A DNA stretch of 64,000 nucleotides from NCBI GenBank assembly GCA_963750255.1, contig CAVVPZ010000009.1:134602-198601 (forward strand), read 5' to 3'. How positions within the stretch are numbered: position 1 is the first letter of the stretch; every line of letters starts with the position of its first letter. A model generated the notes under the pieces. It ran no database searches, was not told the DNA's origin, and worked only from the letters and a program-made list of their open reading frames with translations. This stretch comes from an uncultured Actinomycetes bacterium (lineage in GTDB: Bacteria; Actinomycetota; Acidimicrobiia; Acidimicrobiales; CADCTF01). Shown here piece by piece: positions 30,861 to 41,121 of this stretch. Position numbers and translations under genes: made by a program.

Positions 30861-31036
30861 GTGTGTGTTCCCCCACTGGTGGTTGTGCGATGAGCACGTC
30901 AGTCTAAGAACCCAATCCGCCCTCCGTGCGAAGCGTCCCCTCCCGTTGTCGTGGCCGTCGTGGTCGCCGTTTCGGCAGATTCAACGGCTTTGCACGACCG
31001 GATCGGCCACCCAAACGCCCGTGGCGGACGTCAGCG

Positions 31037-32146
31037 TCAGAGATAGCTGCCGGGGCGAACGTGGTCGTCGTGGTCGGTGGCGATGGTCTCGAGGTCGCCT
31101 CGGGACCGATACAGCTCGGCCAGGGTGAGGCTGTCGGACGGCGCGCTGCTGGGCGCTCGTCCGAGCCACTCCTCGGCCTCGCGATGGGTGAAGGGCCGGA
31201 AGTGCACGTCGGCCAGGCACCGGCCCGGGCGTACGACCGCGGGGTGCAGGGCTCGCATCGGCTCATTGGTGGTGATGAGCAGCAGCACGCGAAGTCCGTG
31301 GCCGAGGATGCCGTCGGTCAAGTTCAACAGCCTGCCCAGCGAGGCACCTGCCTCTTGGCGGGCGTCGGCCCGGATCAACTCGTCGGCGTCCTCGACGACG
31401 AGCACCTTCCACCGGCTGCCGGCGATGAGACGGGGGTCCCACGCATCCTCCTCGGCGACCACGTGCATGAGGTAGTCCGGCCCGCCGAAGAACGCCTCAG
31501 GGTCGAGCACGAAGTGCACGTCGGCCCACGACTGCCACTGGTGGGCCAAGGCTCGGATGGCCGTCGTCTTGCCTGTGCCCGGCTCGCCGTACCAGAGGAG
31601 CAGGCGACCACCGCCCGACGGCCCGTCGTCGAGGCCCATCAATTGGGCGAGGGGCTTTCGGACATCGTCGGGATAGTTGCGGTCGATGGCGTCCCAACGG
31701 GGCGCGTCGACCCAACGACGGTGGCGGACCGGGCTACCGCCGGTCCCTGCCGTCCACAACGTGAGTTTGGCCTGGGCGTCGGTTCGCACCGGGGGTGGCA
31801 CGGCGGCGCGAATCTCGTCCAGGACGGCGTCGGCCACTTCGGCGGACTCGGCCGTCACCAGCACTTGCACCTCGGGCCGCCGCCGGACCAGCACCAGGTG
31901 GGCCTGCCAGCCCTCGCCGGACACGATCTGTTGGCGATCGCCGCTGTCTTGGGCCAACTCGCGCTCGATCTGCGCCCCCTCGGGCACCAATCCCTCGAGC
32001 GTGTCGACATCGGAGAGGAACGCCTGGCGGGCGAAGGGATGGTCGCCGGTGACGAAGGGCAACGTGGCCAGGTCCATGAGCCGAGGGGCCAGGCCCCGGT
32101 CGCTGAGCGGCCAGACGATCTGGGGCAGGGGCAATCGGGACGCCAT
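31037..32146 (-). CDS. AAA+ ATPase with an uncharacterised N-terminal domain
   Basis: From ATG 32146. Walker A LLLWYGEPGTGKTT, Walker B KVLVVEDADEL and sensor LLITTNEP...LHPAVVRPGR. Intact, unlike its neighbours. Confidence 0.8.
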   Translation of the reverse strand: MASRLPLPQIVWPLSDRGLAPRLMDLATLPFVTGDHPFARQAFLSDVDTLEGLVPEGAQIERELAQDSGDRQQIVSGEGWQAHLVLVRRRPEVQVLVTAESAEVADAVLDEIRAAVPPPVRTDAQAKLTLWTAGTGGSPVRHRRWVDAPRWDAIDRNYPDDVRKPLAQLMGLDDGPSGGGRLLLWYGEPGTGKTTAIRALAHQWQSWADVHFVLDPEAFFGGPDYLMHVVAEEDAWDPRLIAGSRWKVLVVEDADELIRADARQEAGASLGRLLNLTDGILGHGLRVLLLITTNEPMRALHPAVVRPGRCLADVHFRPFTHREAEEWLGRAPSSAPSDSLTLAELYRSRGDLETIATDHDDHVRPGSYL

Positions 32147-32177
32147 GGCCGGACTGTAGGTGGATAGGTTTCGGGTC

Positions 32178-33068
32178 ATGACGGGAATCTGCGATGGACG
32201 GGTCGTGATCGTGACGGGCGCTGGGCGTGGCATCGGGCGGGAGGAAGCGCTGTTGTTCGCGGCCGAAGGGGCCAAGGTGGTGGTCAACGACTACGGCGTC
32301 GACCTCGACGGCGGCGGCCCAAGAGCGAGGTGGCCGAGTCGGTGGTCGCCGAGATCGAAGCCATGGGCGGCGAGGCGGTGGCGAACGGCGACGACATCGT
32401 CCGACTGGGAGGGGTCGCAGCGCCTCGATCAACCTGGCGGTCGAGACCTTCGGCGGTCTCGACACGCTGGTCAACAACGCCGGCATCCTCCGCGACCGGA
32501 TGCTCGTCAACATGACCGAGGAGGAGTGGGACGCGGTCATCCGGGTCCACCTCAAGGGCACGTTCTGCACCACCCGCTGGGCGGCGGCGTACTGGCGGGA
32601 GCGGATCAAGGCGGGCGAGACGAACGAGGCGCGCGTGGTCAACACGTCGTCGGGGTCAGGCCTCTACGGCAACCCGGGCAGAGCAACTACGGCGCGGCCA
32701 AGTCGGGCATCGCCTCGTTCTCGGTCATCGTGGCCAAGGAACTGGCCCGCTACGGCGTGACGGTCAACGCCATCGCTCCCGGCGCCCGCACCCGGATGAC
32801 GCTGAGCGTGCCTCGCCCCGGCGCGGCCGCTCCCGCCGAGGTGCCGGCTGACGAATTCGACCGCCGCGACCCGGCCAACGTCGCGCCGCTGGTCGTCTGG
32901 CTCGGGGGGTCCACATCGGGCGAGGTCACCGGACAGGTGTTCAATGTCGCCGGCGGGATGATCGGCGTGGCCGAGAACTGGCGGCGGGGCCCGTCGCGCG
33001 ACAAGGGCGACCGCTGGTCTCCGGCCGAGGTCGGCGACGTGGTGCCGGCCCTCCTGGCCGAGGTCTGA
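32178..33068 (+). pseudogene. short-chain dehydrogenase/reductase (SDR), about 4 frameshifts (about 32318, 32400, 32428, 32679)
   Basis: [14 protein letters not shown]; [10 protein letters not shown] in a second frame; [13 protein letters not shown] then [11 protein letters not shown] (YxxxK) back in the first frame. Confidence 0.8.
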
Positions 33069-33131
33069 CCAACCACCCTCCCTTTGGGCGCATCGAGTCC
33101 ACGCTGTGCGTGGACTCATGCGCCCCAGTTG

Positions 33132-34383
33132 TCAGCTGGTGCGGGTCTCCCGGAAGGGCACGTCGCGATCGACCGAGGGCTCTTTCGGGAGCCCGAGGAC
33201 GCGCTCGCCGATGATGTTGCGCTGCACCTCGTCGGTCCCGCCTGCGATCGACGAGGACTGGATGCGCAGCGCCATCTGTTGAAAGCGGCCACCGGCGGGC
33301 GCGTCGTCGCCGACGAGCATCCCCGACGGCCCCTCGATGGCCAGCGAAAGGTCGCGGGCTCGCCGGCCCAACTCGGCCGACAACAACTTGCCCGTCGACA
33401 CTTCGGGGCCGGGCATCTTGCCCTTGGCCGCTGCCGCCCGCATGCGGAGCGTGCTCATTCGGTGCGCCTCCGACAGGGAATACATCGACGCCAGCCGGTC
33501 CCGCAGTACGGGCTCGCCAACCCGCCCCAGCTCCCGGGCCAGGTCGATCACCGACGACACCGATCCGGCGGTCATCGCCGCCTGCTGCTCGCCGGCCCGC
33601 TGTCGGGCGGCGGCCCGCAGTTCGCTGATGGGCCGGTCGAGCATGCCGTTCTTCTCGCCCGGCGCGCCGACGCCAGACATCCCGGCCCGGCCCCGCCGAT
33701 GCCTTGGCGCTCGTAGGCCAACGTCGAGACAGGCCACCATCCACCCGTCGTTCGAACGAGCCGACGAGGCGTCGTGGGACACGACGGCGTCGGTGAAGAA
33801 CACCTCGTTGAACGTCGCCCCGCCGTCCATCTGCTTCAGGGGCCGGACCTCGACGCCGGGCTGATCCATGTCGATGATGAAGTAGGTGATGCCCCGGTGC
33901 TTGGGCTACGTCGGGGTCGGTCCGGGCCACGAGCATGCCGCGGTCGGTGCTGCCGGCGCCCGACGTCCACACCTTCTGGCCGTTGACGATCCACTCGTCG
34001 CCGTCGCGGATCGGCCGTGGTCTGCAGCGCCGGCCAGGTCGGAGCCGGCCTCTGGCTCGCTGAAGAGCTGGCACCACGAGCCTCGATGCCCGAGGCCAGG
34101 GCGGAGCACCAACCGCTCCGTTGCTCCTCGGTGCCGTGTTCGAGCACGACGGGCCGCCCATCATCTGGCCCAGGCCACCGGGGGCGCCGATGGCGTCGGC
34201 TGCGGCCAGGGCCTCGCCGATTTCGCGGGCCTCGCCTTGGGTTGCCCCGCAGCGCCGTAGCCCATGGGGAACGACGGAAAGGCGTAGCCGGCGCCAGCCA
34301 ACTGGCCCCACCACTCGCGAAGTGTGAGGACCGGGAGTCCAGGTCTCGGACACCCACGCCGCTGCTTGTTCGACCACGCCCAT
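33132..34383 (-). pseudogene. acyl-CoA dehydrogenase family protein, multiple frameshifts
   Basis: MGVVEQAAAWVSETW; WCQLFSEPEAGSDLAG; DGDEWIVNGQKVWTSGA; the C-terminal half is intact (IAGGTDEVQRNIIGERVLGLP). Confidence 0.8.
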
Positions 34384-34440
34384 CTCGCTCCCCCCGGACT
34401 CGTTCGCCTCGACGCCCGCGACGGTAGCTTCCCCTGATGT

Positions 34441-35589
34441 TCAGGCGCTCACGGTCGAATCCACCGGGATTTCTTTTTCCGGCCGGGGGAGGCGGGTCGC
34501 CGAGGCCGGTGTCCTCGTAGATGGCGTCGGAGACGGCGGCGAGGCGGGCGTAGTGGCGATCGGTCCCCGGCATCCCGTTGGTCTGGAAGGCGACCACGAG
34601 GTGGTGCTGCGGGTCGCAGTAGGCGATGGAGGACTGGGCCCCGCCGTGGCCGAAAACCCGGCGCGAGGAGTGCCGACCGTGCGAGCTCGAGTCGATGCCG
34701 AGGCCGAGGCCCCAGTCGAGGGTGATCCCGAACGTCTCGTCGAAGATCCCGACGCGGTGCCGCGCCGTGACCGCCTCGACCGTCTGCCGGCCGAGGAGGC
34801 GCACGCCGTCTCGCTCGCCATGCCCGTCGAGCATCTCGTAGAGGCGGGCCAGCTGACGCATGGGGCCCCGCCCTCCGCCGCCGGGCGAGCAGCGGGTCGA
34901 GCGAGCCCAGGGAGTCGAGTTGGGTGAGTGGGATGGCGGACCCGCCGGCGGTGTGGTGCATGGTGCCGACGCGCTCGCCGTAGGCCTCCGCCGCTTCGAT
35001 GGGCATGCCGACCCAGCAGTCGTCCATCCCGAGGGGGACGAACACCTCGTCGCGCACGTATTGGGAGTAGAAGCGACCGTCGACCCGGCGCAGGACTTCG
35101 GCGAGGATCGTCATCCCGCACGTGAGGTGGTAGCCGGCTCGTTCGCCCGGCACCCAACCCTCTTCCTGAGTCGACGGCGCAGATACCGGCGATGACCTCG
35201 TGCCAGTTGGCCTCGGGCTCCTTTGCCGAGCTGGTGACCGCGTCGCCAGCCCGGAAGCCTGCGGTGTGGGTGAGGCAGTGGCGGATGGTGATGGCGTCCT
35301 TGCCGTTGACCCCGAACTCGGGGATGTAGGTGGCGATGCGGTCGTCGAGGTCGATCTGGCCTTGCTCCCACAACTGCGCCATCGACACAGCCACGGTGGC
35401 CTTGGTCATCGAGAACCAGATCACCATCTGATCGGGCGTCATCGGCCTGCCTGTGCGGGCTTCGCCGACGGCGCCGTCGGCGATCACCTCGCCGTCGAGC
35501 GACACGTACAACTGGGCGCCGAGGTGGAGGCCCTCGGCGATCCCGGCTTCGATCACCTTGGTCGTACGGGGCACGGCAGTCAGCGTCAT
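34441..35589 (-). pseudogene. beta-lactamase-related serine hydrolase (class C/esterase family), multiple frameshifts; 3' end uncertain
   Basis: From ATG 35589: IWFSMTKATVAVSM (SxxK). Later fragments PGERAGYHLTCG and FGHGGAQSSIAYCDP lie in other frames. Confidence 0.75.
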
Positions 35590-35614
35590 GGTCGCCGAGC
35601 GTAGATTCCAGAGC

Positions 35615-36772
35615 ATGGACTTCGAACTGCCCGGTGAAGACGACCCCCGTCGCGTCGAGGTGCGGGAGTGGCTCGCAGCCAACCCCTCCCCGACCGGGCG
35701 GCAGTTGGCCGAGGCCGGCTACGTGGTGCCGCACTGGCCCGCACCGTGGGGCAAGGGGGCCGACCCCGTCCACCAGCTGATCATCGACGAGGAGCTCCGC
35801 TCGGCCCGGGTTTCTCGGCCCGGCAACGTCATCGGCATCGGGTGGGCGGGCCCCACCATCGTGCACGCCGGCACGCAGGCGCAGAAGGAGCGCTACCTCT
35901 GGCCCATCCTCTCCGGCGAGGAGATCTGGTGTCAGCTCTTCAGCGAGCCCGGCGCCGGGTCAGACCTGGCCAACCTCGGCACCCGGGCCATCAAGGACGG
36001 CGACACCTACGTGGTCAACGGACAGAAGATCTGGACGTCGCTGGCGCACAACTCGAAGTTCGGAATCCTGATCGCCCGGACCAACCCCGACGCACCCAAG
36101 CACAAGGGCGTGTCGTACTTCATCTGTCCGATGGACCTCCCCGGCATCGAGATCCGCCCGATCATCGAGATGACCGGAGGCCACACGTTCAACGAAGTCT
36201 TCTTCGACGAAGTGCGTCTCCCGGCCGAGAACCTCGTCGGCGACGAGCACGAAGGCTGGGGCCTGGCCAAGGTCACCCTCGGCAACGAACGGGTGTCGCT
36301 GTCGGGCGAGGGAGCGTTGTGGGGTCGGGGACCGACCGCCGGCGACCTCGTGGACGCCGTTCGCTCGGGTGAGATCCCGGGCCGGGACGACCCCTTGGCC
36401 CGCCAGCGTCTGGCGTCGGTCTACACCGAGGCCGAAGTCCTCCGCCTCATCCGGCTCCGCACCGTGAGCGCAGCCGTCAAAGGTCGCCCGCCCGGTCCGG
36501 AGGCTTCGGTCCGCAAGGCGCTGTCCGACGAGCACGGCCAACACATCATGGGCGCGGCCAAGGACCTGGCCGGGACGCGCGGCATGCTCACCGAGCCGGG
36601 CGGTATGTGGCACTACGGCTTCTTGTTCGCGCCGGCGTTGACCGTGGGCGGCGGCACTTCTGAGGTTCAACGGAACATCATCGGCGAGCGTGTTCTGGAT
36701 CTGCCGCACGACATCGACGTCGAAGCCGGTCAGACTTGGAGCGAGGCTCGGGCCAAAGGCGCCCGCGCCTGA
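35615..36772 (+). CDS. acyl-CoA dehydrogenase family protein (intact)
   Basis: From ATG 35615: WCQLFSEPGAGSDLANL, YVVNGQKIWTS and GGGTSEVQRNIIGERVL. Confidence 0.9.
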   Translation: MDFELPGEDDPRRVEVREWLAANPSPTGRQLAEAGYVVPHWPAPWGKGADPVHQLIIDEELRSARVSRPGNVIGIGWAGPTIVHAGTQAQKERYLWPILSGEEIWCQLFSEPGAGSDLANLGTRAIKDGDTYVVNGQKIWTSLAHNSKFGILIARTNPDAPKHKGVSYFICPMDLPGIEIRPIIEMTGGHTFNEVFFDEVRLPAENLVGDEHEGWGLAKVTLGNERVSLSGEGALWGRGPTAGDLVDAVRSGEIPGRDDPLARQRLASVYTEAEVLRLIRLRTVSAAVKGRPPGPEASVRKALSDEHGQHIMGAAKDLAGTRGMLTEPGGMWHYGFLFAPALTVGGGTSEVQRNIIGERVLDLPHDIDVEAGQTWSEARAKGARA

Positions 36773-36785
36773 GGGGGATTCCGAC

Positions 36786-38368
36786 GTGGCCATCACCGAC
36801 CTGGCAGCGATCGTCCGGACGCACGGCGCCGAGCGCCCCGATCGGACCGCCATCGTCTATGAGGACCGCGAGATCACGTGGCGAGACCTCGACCAACGCT
36901 CCAACGCCGTGGCCGCCGGCCTGGCCGCTGCCGGTGTCGGCGCCCAGGCTCGCGTGGCCCGCATCGACAAGAACGACCCCACCTATTACGAAATGCTCTT
37001 CGGCGCGGCCAAGGGCAACGGCGTGCTGGTCGACGTCAACTGGCGCCTGGCCGCACCCGAGATGGTGCAGATCGTCAACGACGCCCAGGCCCAGGTCTTG
37101 TTCGTCGGAGCCGACTTCGCCCCGCTGCTCGACAAGATCGAGCCCGAGCTGACCACGGTCGAGACGATCATTGTCTTGGGCGACGGCACCGGCATCGTGT
37201 TGGGCGAGGGCACGGGCCATGACTCGTACGAGGACTGGATCGCCCGGACCGCCGGAGCCGCCGATCCCGGCGTCGTACCCGATGGTGACGACGTCGCCCT
37301 CCAGCTCTACACGTCGGGCACGACCGGCCTGCCCAAGGGCGTGATGCTCACGAACGACAACTTGTTCTCCTTCGTCACCGAAGTGGCGCCGGCGTGGGGC
37401 TTCACCGGGGATTCGGTGTCGATCGTGGTGATGCCCCTGTTCCACATCGCCGGCGGCGGCTGGTCGATCGCCAGCATGGTCATGGCGGCCAAGTGCGTCC
37501 TGCTCCGCGACGTCGACCCCACGCTCATCCTCCGCAAGGTCGAGGAGGAGCGGGTCACCCACGCCATCTTCGTGCCCGCCGTGCTCCAGTTCCTGCTCAT
37601 CACGCCCACGCTGGCCACAACCGACCTGTCGAGCTTCGAGCTCATCGTCTACGGCGCGTCGCCGATCACCGAGAACGTGCTGCGGGGCTCGATGGACGCC
37701 TTCGGCTGCGAGTTCATCCAGGTGTACGGGCTCACCGAGACGACCGGGGCCTGCATCCAGCTCGACGGCGACGACCACGACCCCGACAACCGCCCGGAGC
37801 TGCTCCGCTCGTGCGGCAAGCCCTACCCCTGGGTCGAGGTGCGCATCGTCGGCGACGACGGCGAGGACGTGCCCGAGGGCGAGGTCGGGGAGTTGTGGAT
37901 CCGGTCGGTCCAGGTCATGAAGGGCTACTGGAACAAGCCCGAGGACACGGCGGCCGCCCTCACCGACGACGGCTGGTTCAAGACCGGGCGACGCCGGCTA
38001 CTGGCGCGACGGCTACCTCTACCTCCACGACCGGGTCAAGGACATGATCGTGTCGGGCGGCGAGAACGTGTACCCGGCCGAGGTCGAGAACGCCCTCATG
38101 GCCCACCCGGACGTGGCCGACGTCGGCGTCATCGGCGTCCCCGACGACAGGTGGGGCGAGGCCGTGCAAGGCCATCGTGGTGAAGGCCGAGGGGTCCGAC
38201 CCGACAGCCCAGGAACTCATCGCCTTTGCTCGCGAGCGGCTGGCCGGGTTCAAGTGTCCCAAGTCGGTGTCGTTCGCCGAGGCGCTGCCCCGCAACCCGT
38301 CGGGCAAGATCCTCAAGCGCGAACTGCGCCAGCCCTACTGGGAGGGTCGGGAGCGCCAGATCAACTGA
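36786..38368 (+). pseudogene. long-chain-fatty-acid--CoA ligase (FadD-like), two frameshifts (about 37986, 38167)
   Basis: LQLYTSGTTGLPKGVML, YGLTETTG and DGWFKTG are followed in the +1 frame by [33 protein letters not shown], then in the +2 frame by KAIVVKAEG...[14 protein letters not shown]. Confidence 0.85.
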
Positions 38369-39598
38369 CCCGGGAGCCCCGATAGGCGCCGGGTCCGGTG
38401 AGCATGCGCCGGTGCCAACGCGCCGGGGTGCCCAGCACGGCGCGGGGGTAGTCCTCGAAGAGCCACCGACCGAAGTTCCGGCGGGTCCAGTCGGAGGTGC
38501 CGGCGACGCGTACGGCGAGGTCGGCGCCGAACCGGTGCGCGAGCGCCTTCGACAGGGTTGCGGCCAAGCGGTGGTCGACGGCCAAGCCGGCGATCACGGC
38601 GCGTTCGTAGCGGGCGGCGGCCCGCCGCGGTCGGCCGAGCCGGCAGCCACGATGGCGTCGGCGGCGAGGATGCCGGTCTCCAGCGCTTGGCCGATGCCCT
38701 CGCCCGTCATCGGGTCGGTGGCCCGGGCGGCATCCCCCACGAACAGCACCCGTCCGTCGCCGCCGTGCAAGGCCGTCTGGTCGACCCGCGCAGGGATGGG
38801 CCATGCCTTGTGGGCCGACTCGGGGGTGGCGTCGGGACCGAGGACCTCGGTGATGTGGGGGCGGCGAAGGAGGTCGGTCCACTGGGACTTCATCGACCTG
38901 GTGGGCTCGCCGGGCTGGCGGAGGATGCCGAATCCCACGTTGGCCCGTCCGCTGCCGAGGGGGAACGACCACGCGTAGCCCGGCAACAGGTCGTCGTCGA
39001 ACCACACCCACAAGCCTTCGGCTGCCCTCGGGCCCACCGAGTGGAAGTACTGCCGGAAGGCGTGCCACTCGCCGAGGTATCCGACGCCGTCGGCGTCGAC
39101 CGGGAGGAGCGTCTTTCGCAGCGGCGACCACATCCCGTCGGCGGCGATCGACGAAGCGGGCTTCGACGGCGCCGAGATGCTCGACGTCGAGCACGACCCG
39201 GTCGGCTTGCGCCTCCACACCGAGCACGGCCGAGCCCTCGTAAACGGTGACGCCGGAGCGGCGGGCGACGTCGAGAAAGGCGGCGTCGAGTTCCTGGCGG
39301 CGGGCGACGACGGCGTAGGTGCCGCGCTCGCGGGGGAGGGGGAACGTCGACCAACTGACCGGACGGGGCCCGGACGTGCACGTCGTCCACCGCGCGTCCA
39401 ACTCGGCACGGCGGCGGGGTCGAGGCCGAGTCCCTCGAAGCGCCGGAGGGCGCCCGTGGTCAATCCGTCGCCGCAGCACTTGTCCCGCGGGAACTTCGCC
39501 TTGTCGACCAGCACGACCCGCCGGCCGGCCCGGGCCAGGGTGATGGCCGCGGCTACCCCCGCCGGGCCACCGCCGGCCACGAGCACGTCGGCGATCAC
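38361..39598 (-). pseudogene. geranylgeranyl reductase family FAD-dependent oxidoreductase, about 4 frameshifts
   Basis: From GTG 39598: DVLVAGGGPAGVAAAITLARAGRRVVLVDK, CCGDGLT, IAADGMWSPLRK, VLFVGDAARATDPMTGEGIGQALE. The tail ...RYERAVIAGL is in another frame. GTGA overlap with the upstream gene. Confidence 0.8.
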
Positions 39599-40504
39599 TT
39601 CTCCAGCACGGCCCGCAGCGCCGCTTCGACGTCGGCGTACTCGAATCGGTACCCGGATGCTTCGGCAACGGTGGGCAGCACCCGTTGGCCGGCCAGGATC
39701 ACCTCCTCGGTGAGTTGGCCACCCATGAGCAGGGAGAGTGCGAACTTCGGCACCGGGAGCACCGTCGGCCGGCCGAGCACGCGCCCGGCGGCCTTGACCA
39801 CCTCGGCGTTGGTGGCAGGGTTCGGGGCGGTGGCGTTGAGCGGACCGGACACCGAGTTCGTGCACAAGGCATGGACGATGAGGCCCACCTCGTCGGCCAG
39901 GCTGACCCAGCTCCACCACTGGTCGCCACGCCCGAGCTTTCCACCTACGCCGAGCTTGAGGAACGGCAGCATGCGTCCCATCGCGCCGCCCGATCCGGAC
40001 GAGCACGATGCCGGTGCGGAGATGGACGGTGCGGATGCCGGCCTCCTCCGCCGCTGCGGTCGCCGCCTCCCAGGCCACGCACACCTCGGCCAAGAAGCCG
40101 GCGCCGGCGGCGCTGGCCTCGGTGAGGATCTCATCGCCCCGCAGTCCGTAGTAGCCGACTGCCGAACCAGAGACGAACACGGCCGGCCTGGGGTCGAGTC
40201 CGGCGATGGTCTCAGCCAGCAGGCGAGTTCCGCGGACGCGACTGTCGCGGATCTTGCGCTTCTGTTCGTCGCTCCAACGCTTCTCGCCGATGCCCTCACC
40301 CGCGAGGTGGACGACGCCGTCGATCGGTCCGACCGAACGCACCGCCGCGAGGTCGACCGACCCGGCGCCGATGTCCCAGGAGACTTCGTCGCCCCCATGG
40401 CTGGCCTGGCGCACCAATCGAATCGGATGGTGGCCGTCGCGGCGCAGCCACGCGATGAGCGCCTCACCGATGAGTCCGGATGATCCGCTGACGAGCACAC
40501 GCAT
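39595..40504 (-). pseudogene. TIGR01777-type NAD-dependent epimerase/dehydratase family protein, one frameshift (about 40000)
   Basis: MRVLVSGSSGLIGEAL...VVHLAGEGIGEKRWS...HLRTGIVL is followed in another frame by SGSGGAMGRMLPFLKLGVGGKLGRGDQWWSWVSLADEV. Confidence 0.8.
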
Positions 40505-40585
40505 GCCCGCAACCTACGCCCCGTTTTGGGCTTGGTGAGAGCGCGATCGCGCTCTCACCAAGCCCGAAACGGAAGGGTGGAGGGG
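40505..40585. repeat. palindromic element copy 2 within a duplicated 81-nt spacer (perfect 38-bp palindrome 40528-40565)
   Basis: GGGCTTGGTGAGAGCGCGA|TCGCGCTCTCACCAAGCCC with CCCCGTTTT / GAAACGG extensions. The whole spacer aligns with 41042-41121. Confidence 0.9.
40511..40516 (-). promoter_or_regulatory. putative -10 TAGGTT, 6 nt upstream of epimerase ATG 40504
   Basis: The minus strand reads TAGGTT-gcgggc-ATG. Confidence 0.3.
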
Positions 40586-41041
40586 TCAGTAGGTGCCCTT
40601 GATGACGAAATAGGAGCCTCGGATGGTCCCGGCGAGCTTCGATTTCTGCCTGGCGAACTTGAACGCCGAGAGCTCCTCGGGGATCTCCATGCCGTCGGAC
40701 AGTTTGAACCCGACGGCCCGCTTCTTCGGCTCGTCGAGCAGGACGTTGATCGACAGCCCGCTCTCGTAGAAGACGTAGGTCCAGCGGATGCCTTCGACCT
40801 CGAAGCTCGTCGCCTCGAGAGGAGGCGACTCGATCACGATGTCGCGCTCCTCTTTGAGAATCCGGTGAACCCAGGCGATGGCTTTCTTGGCCTTGGCTGC
40901 CGGTTCGACCGTGAAGTCGTGGTCGTACTTGTTCTTGAAGTACCGGGCCTCGTTGGCCCGCAGGCCGGCCAGCGCCGCCGCCACCGGCGACGAGTCCACT
41001 CCGACGGTCGACACGTTCACGAAATCCACCGTGTAGCTCAT
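40586..41041 (-). CDS. orphan hypothetical protein (151 aa), visibly lower GC than its neighbours
   Basis: Clean ORF MSYTVDFVNVSTVG...SYFVIKGTY, rich in K/F/Y/I/E unlike the surrounding A/R/G-rich proteins. I recognise no motif. It is bracketed by the two spacer copies. Confidence 0.7.
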   Translation of the reverse strand: MSYTVDFVNVSTVGVDSSPVAAALAGLRANEARYFKNKYDHDFTVEPAAKAKKAIAWVHRILKEERDIVIESPPLEATSFEVEGIRWTYVFYESGLSINVLLDEPKKRAVGFKLSDGMEIPEELSAFKFARQKSKLAGTIRGSYFVIKGTY

Positions 41042-41121
41042 GCCTGCAACCTAGGCCTCGTTTTGGGCTTGGTCAGAGCGCGATCGCGCTCTGACGAAGC
41101 CCAAAACGAAAGGGGGGAGGG
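41042..41121. repeat. palindromic element copy 3 within a duplicated 80-nt spacer (38-bp palindrome 41065-41102, one mismatched pair)
   Basis: GGGCTTGGTCAGAGCGCGA|TCGCGCTCTGACGAAGCCC. The flanks CATGCCTGCAACCTAGGCC... and ...GGGGGGAGGGTCA match copy 2. Confidence 0.9.
41048..41053 (-). promoter_or_regulatory. putative -10 TAGGTT, 6 nt upstream of orphan ORF ATG 41041
   Basis: The minus strand reads TAGGTT-gcaggc-ATG. Confidence 0.3.

Noticed and set aside
31037-32287. 416-aa extent of the AAA+ ORF
   Set aside because: The N-terminal 47 residues are S/P/T/A-rich and overlap the SDR gene start region. ATG 32146 was chosen instead.
40505-41121. Integron gene cassette with attC sites
   Set aside because: There is no intI, attI or Pc in the window, and the palindrome does not follow the R''-L''/L'-R' attC layout that I can see. 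I kept it only as an analogy in the finding.
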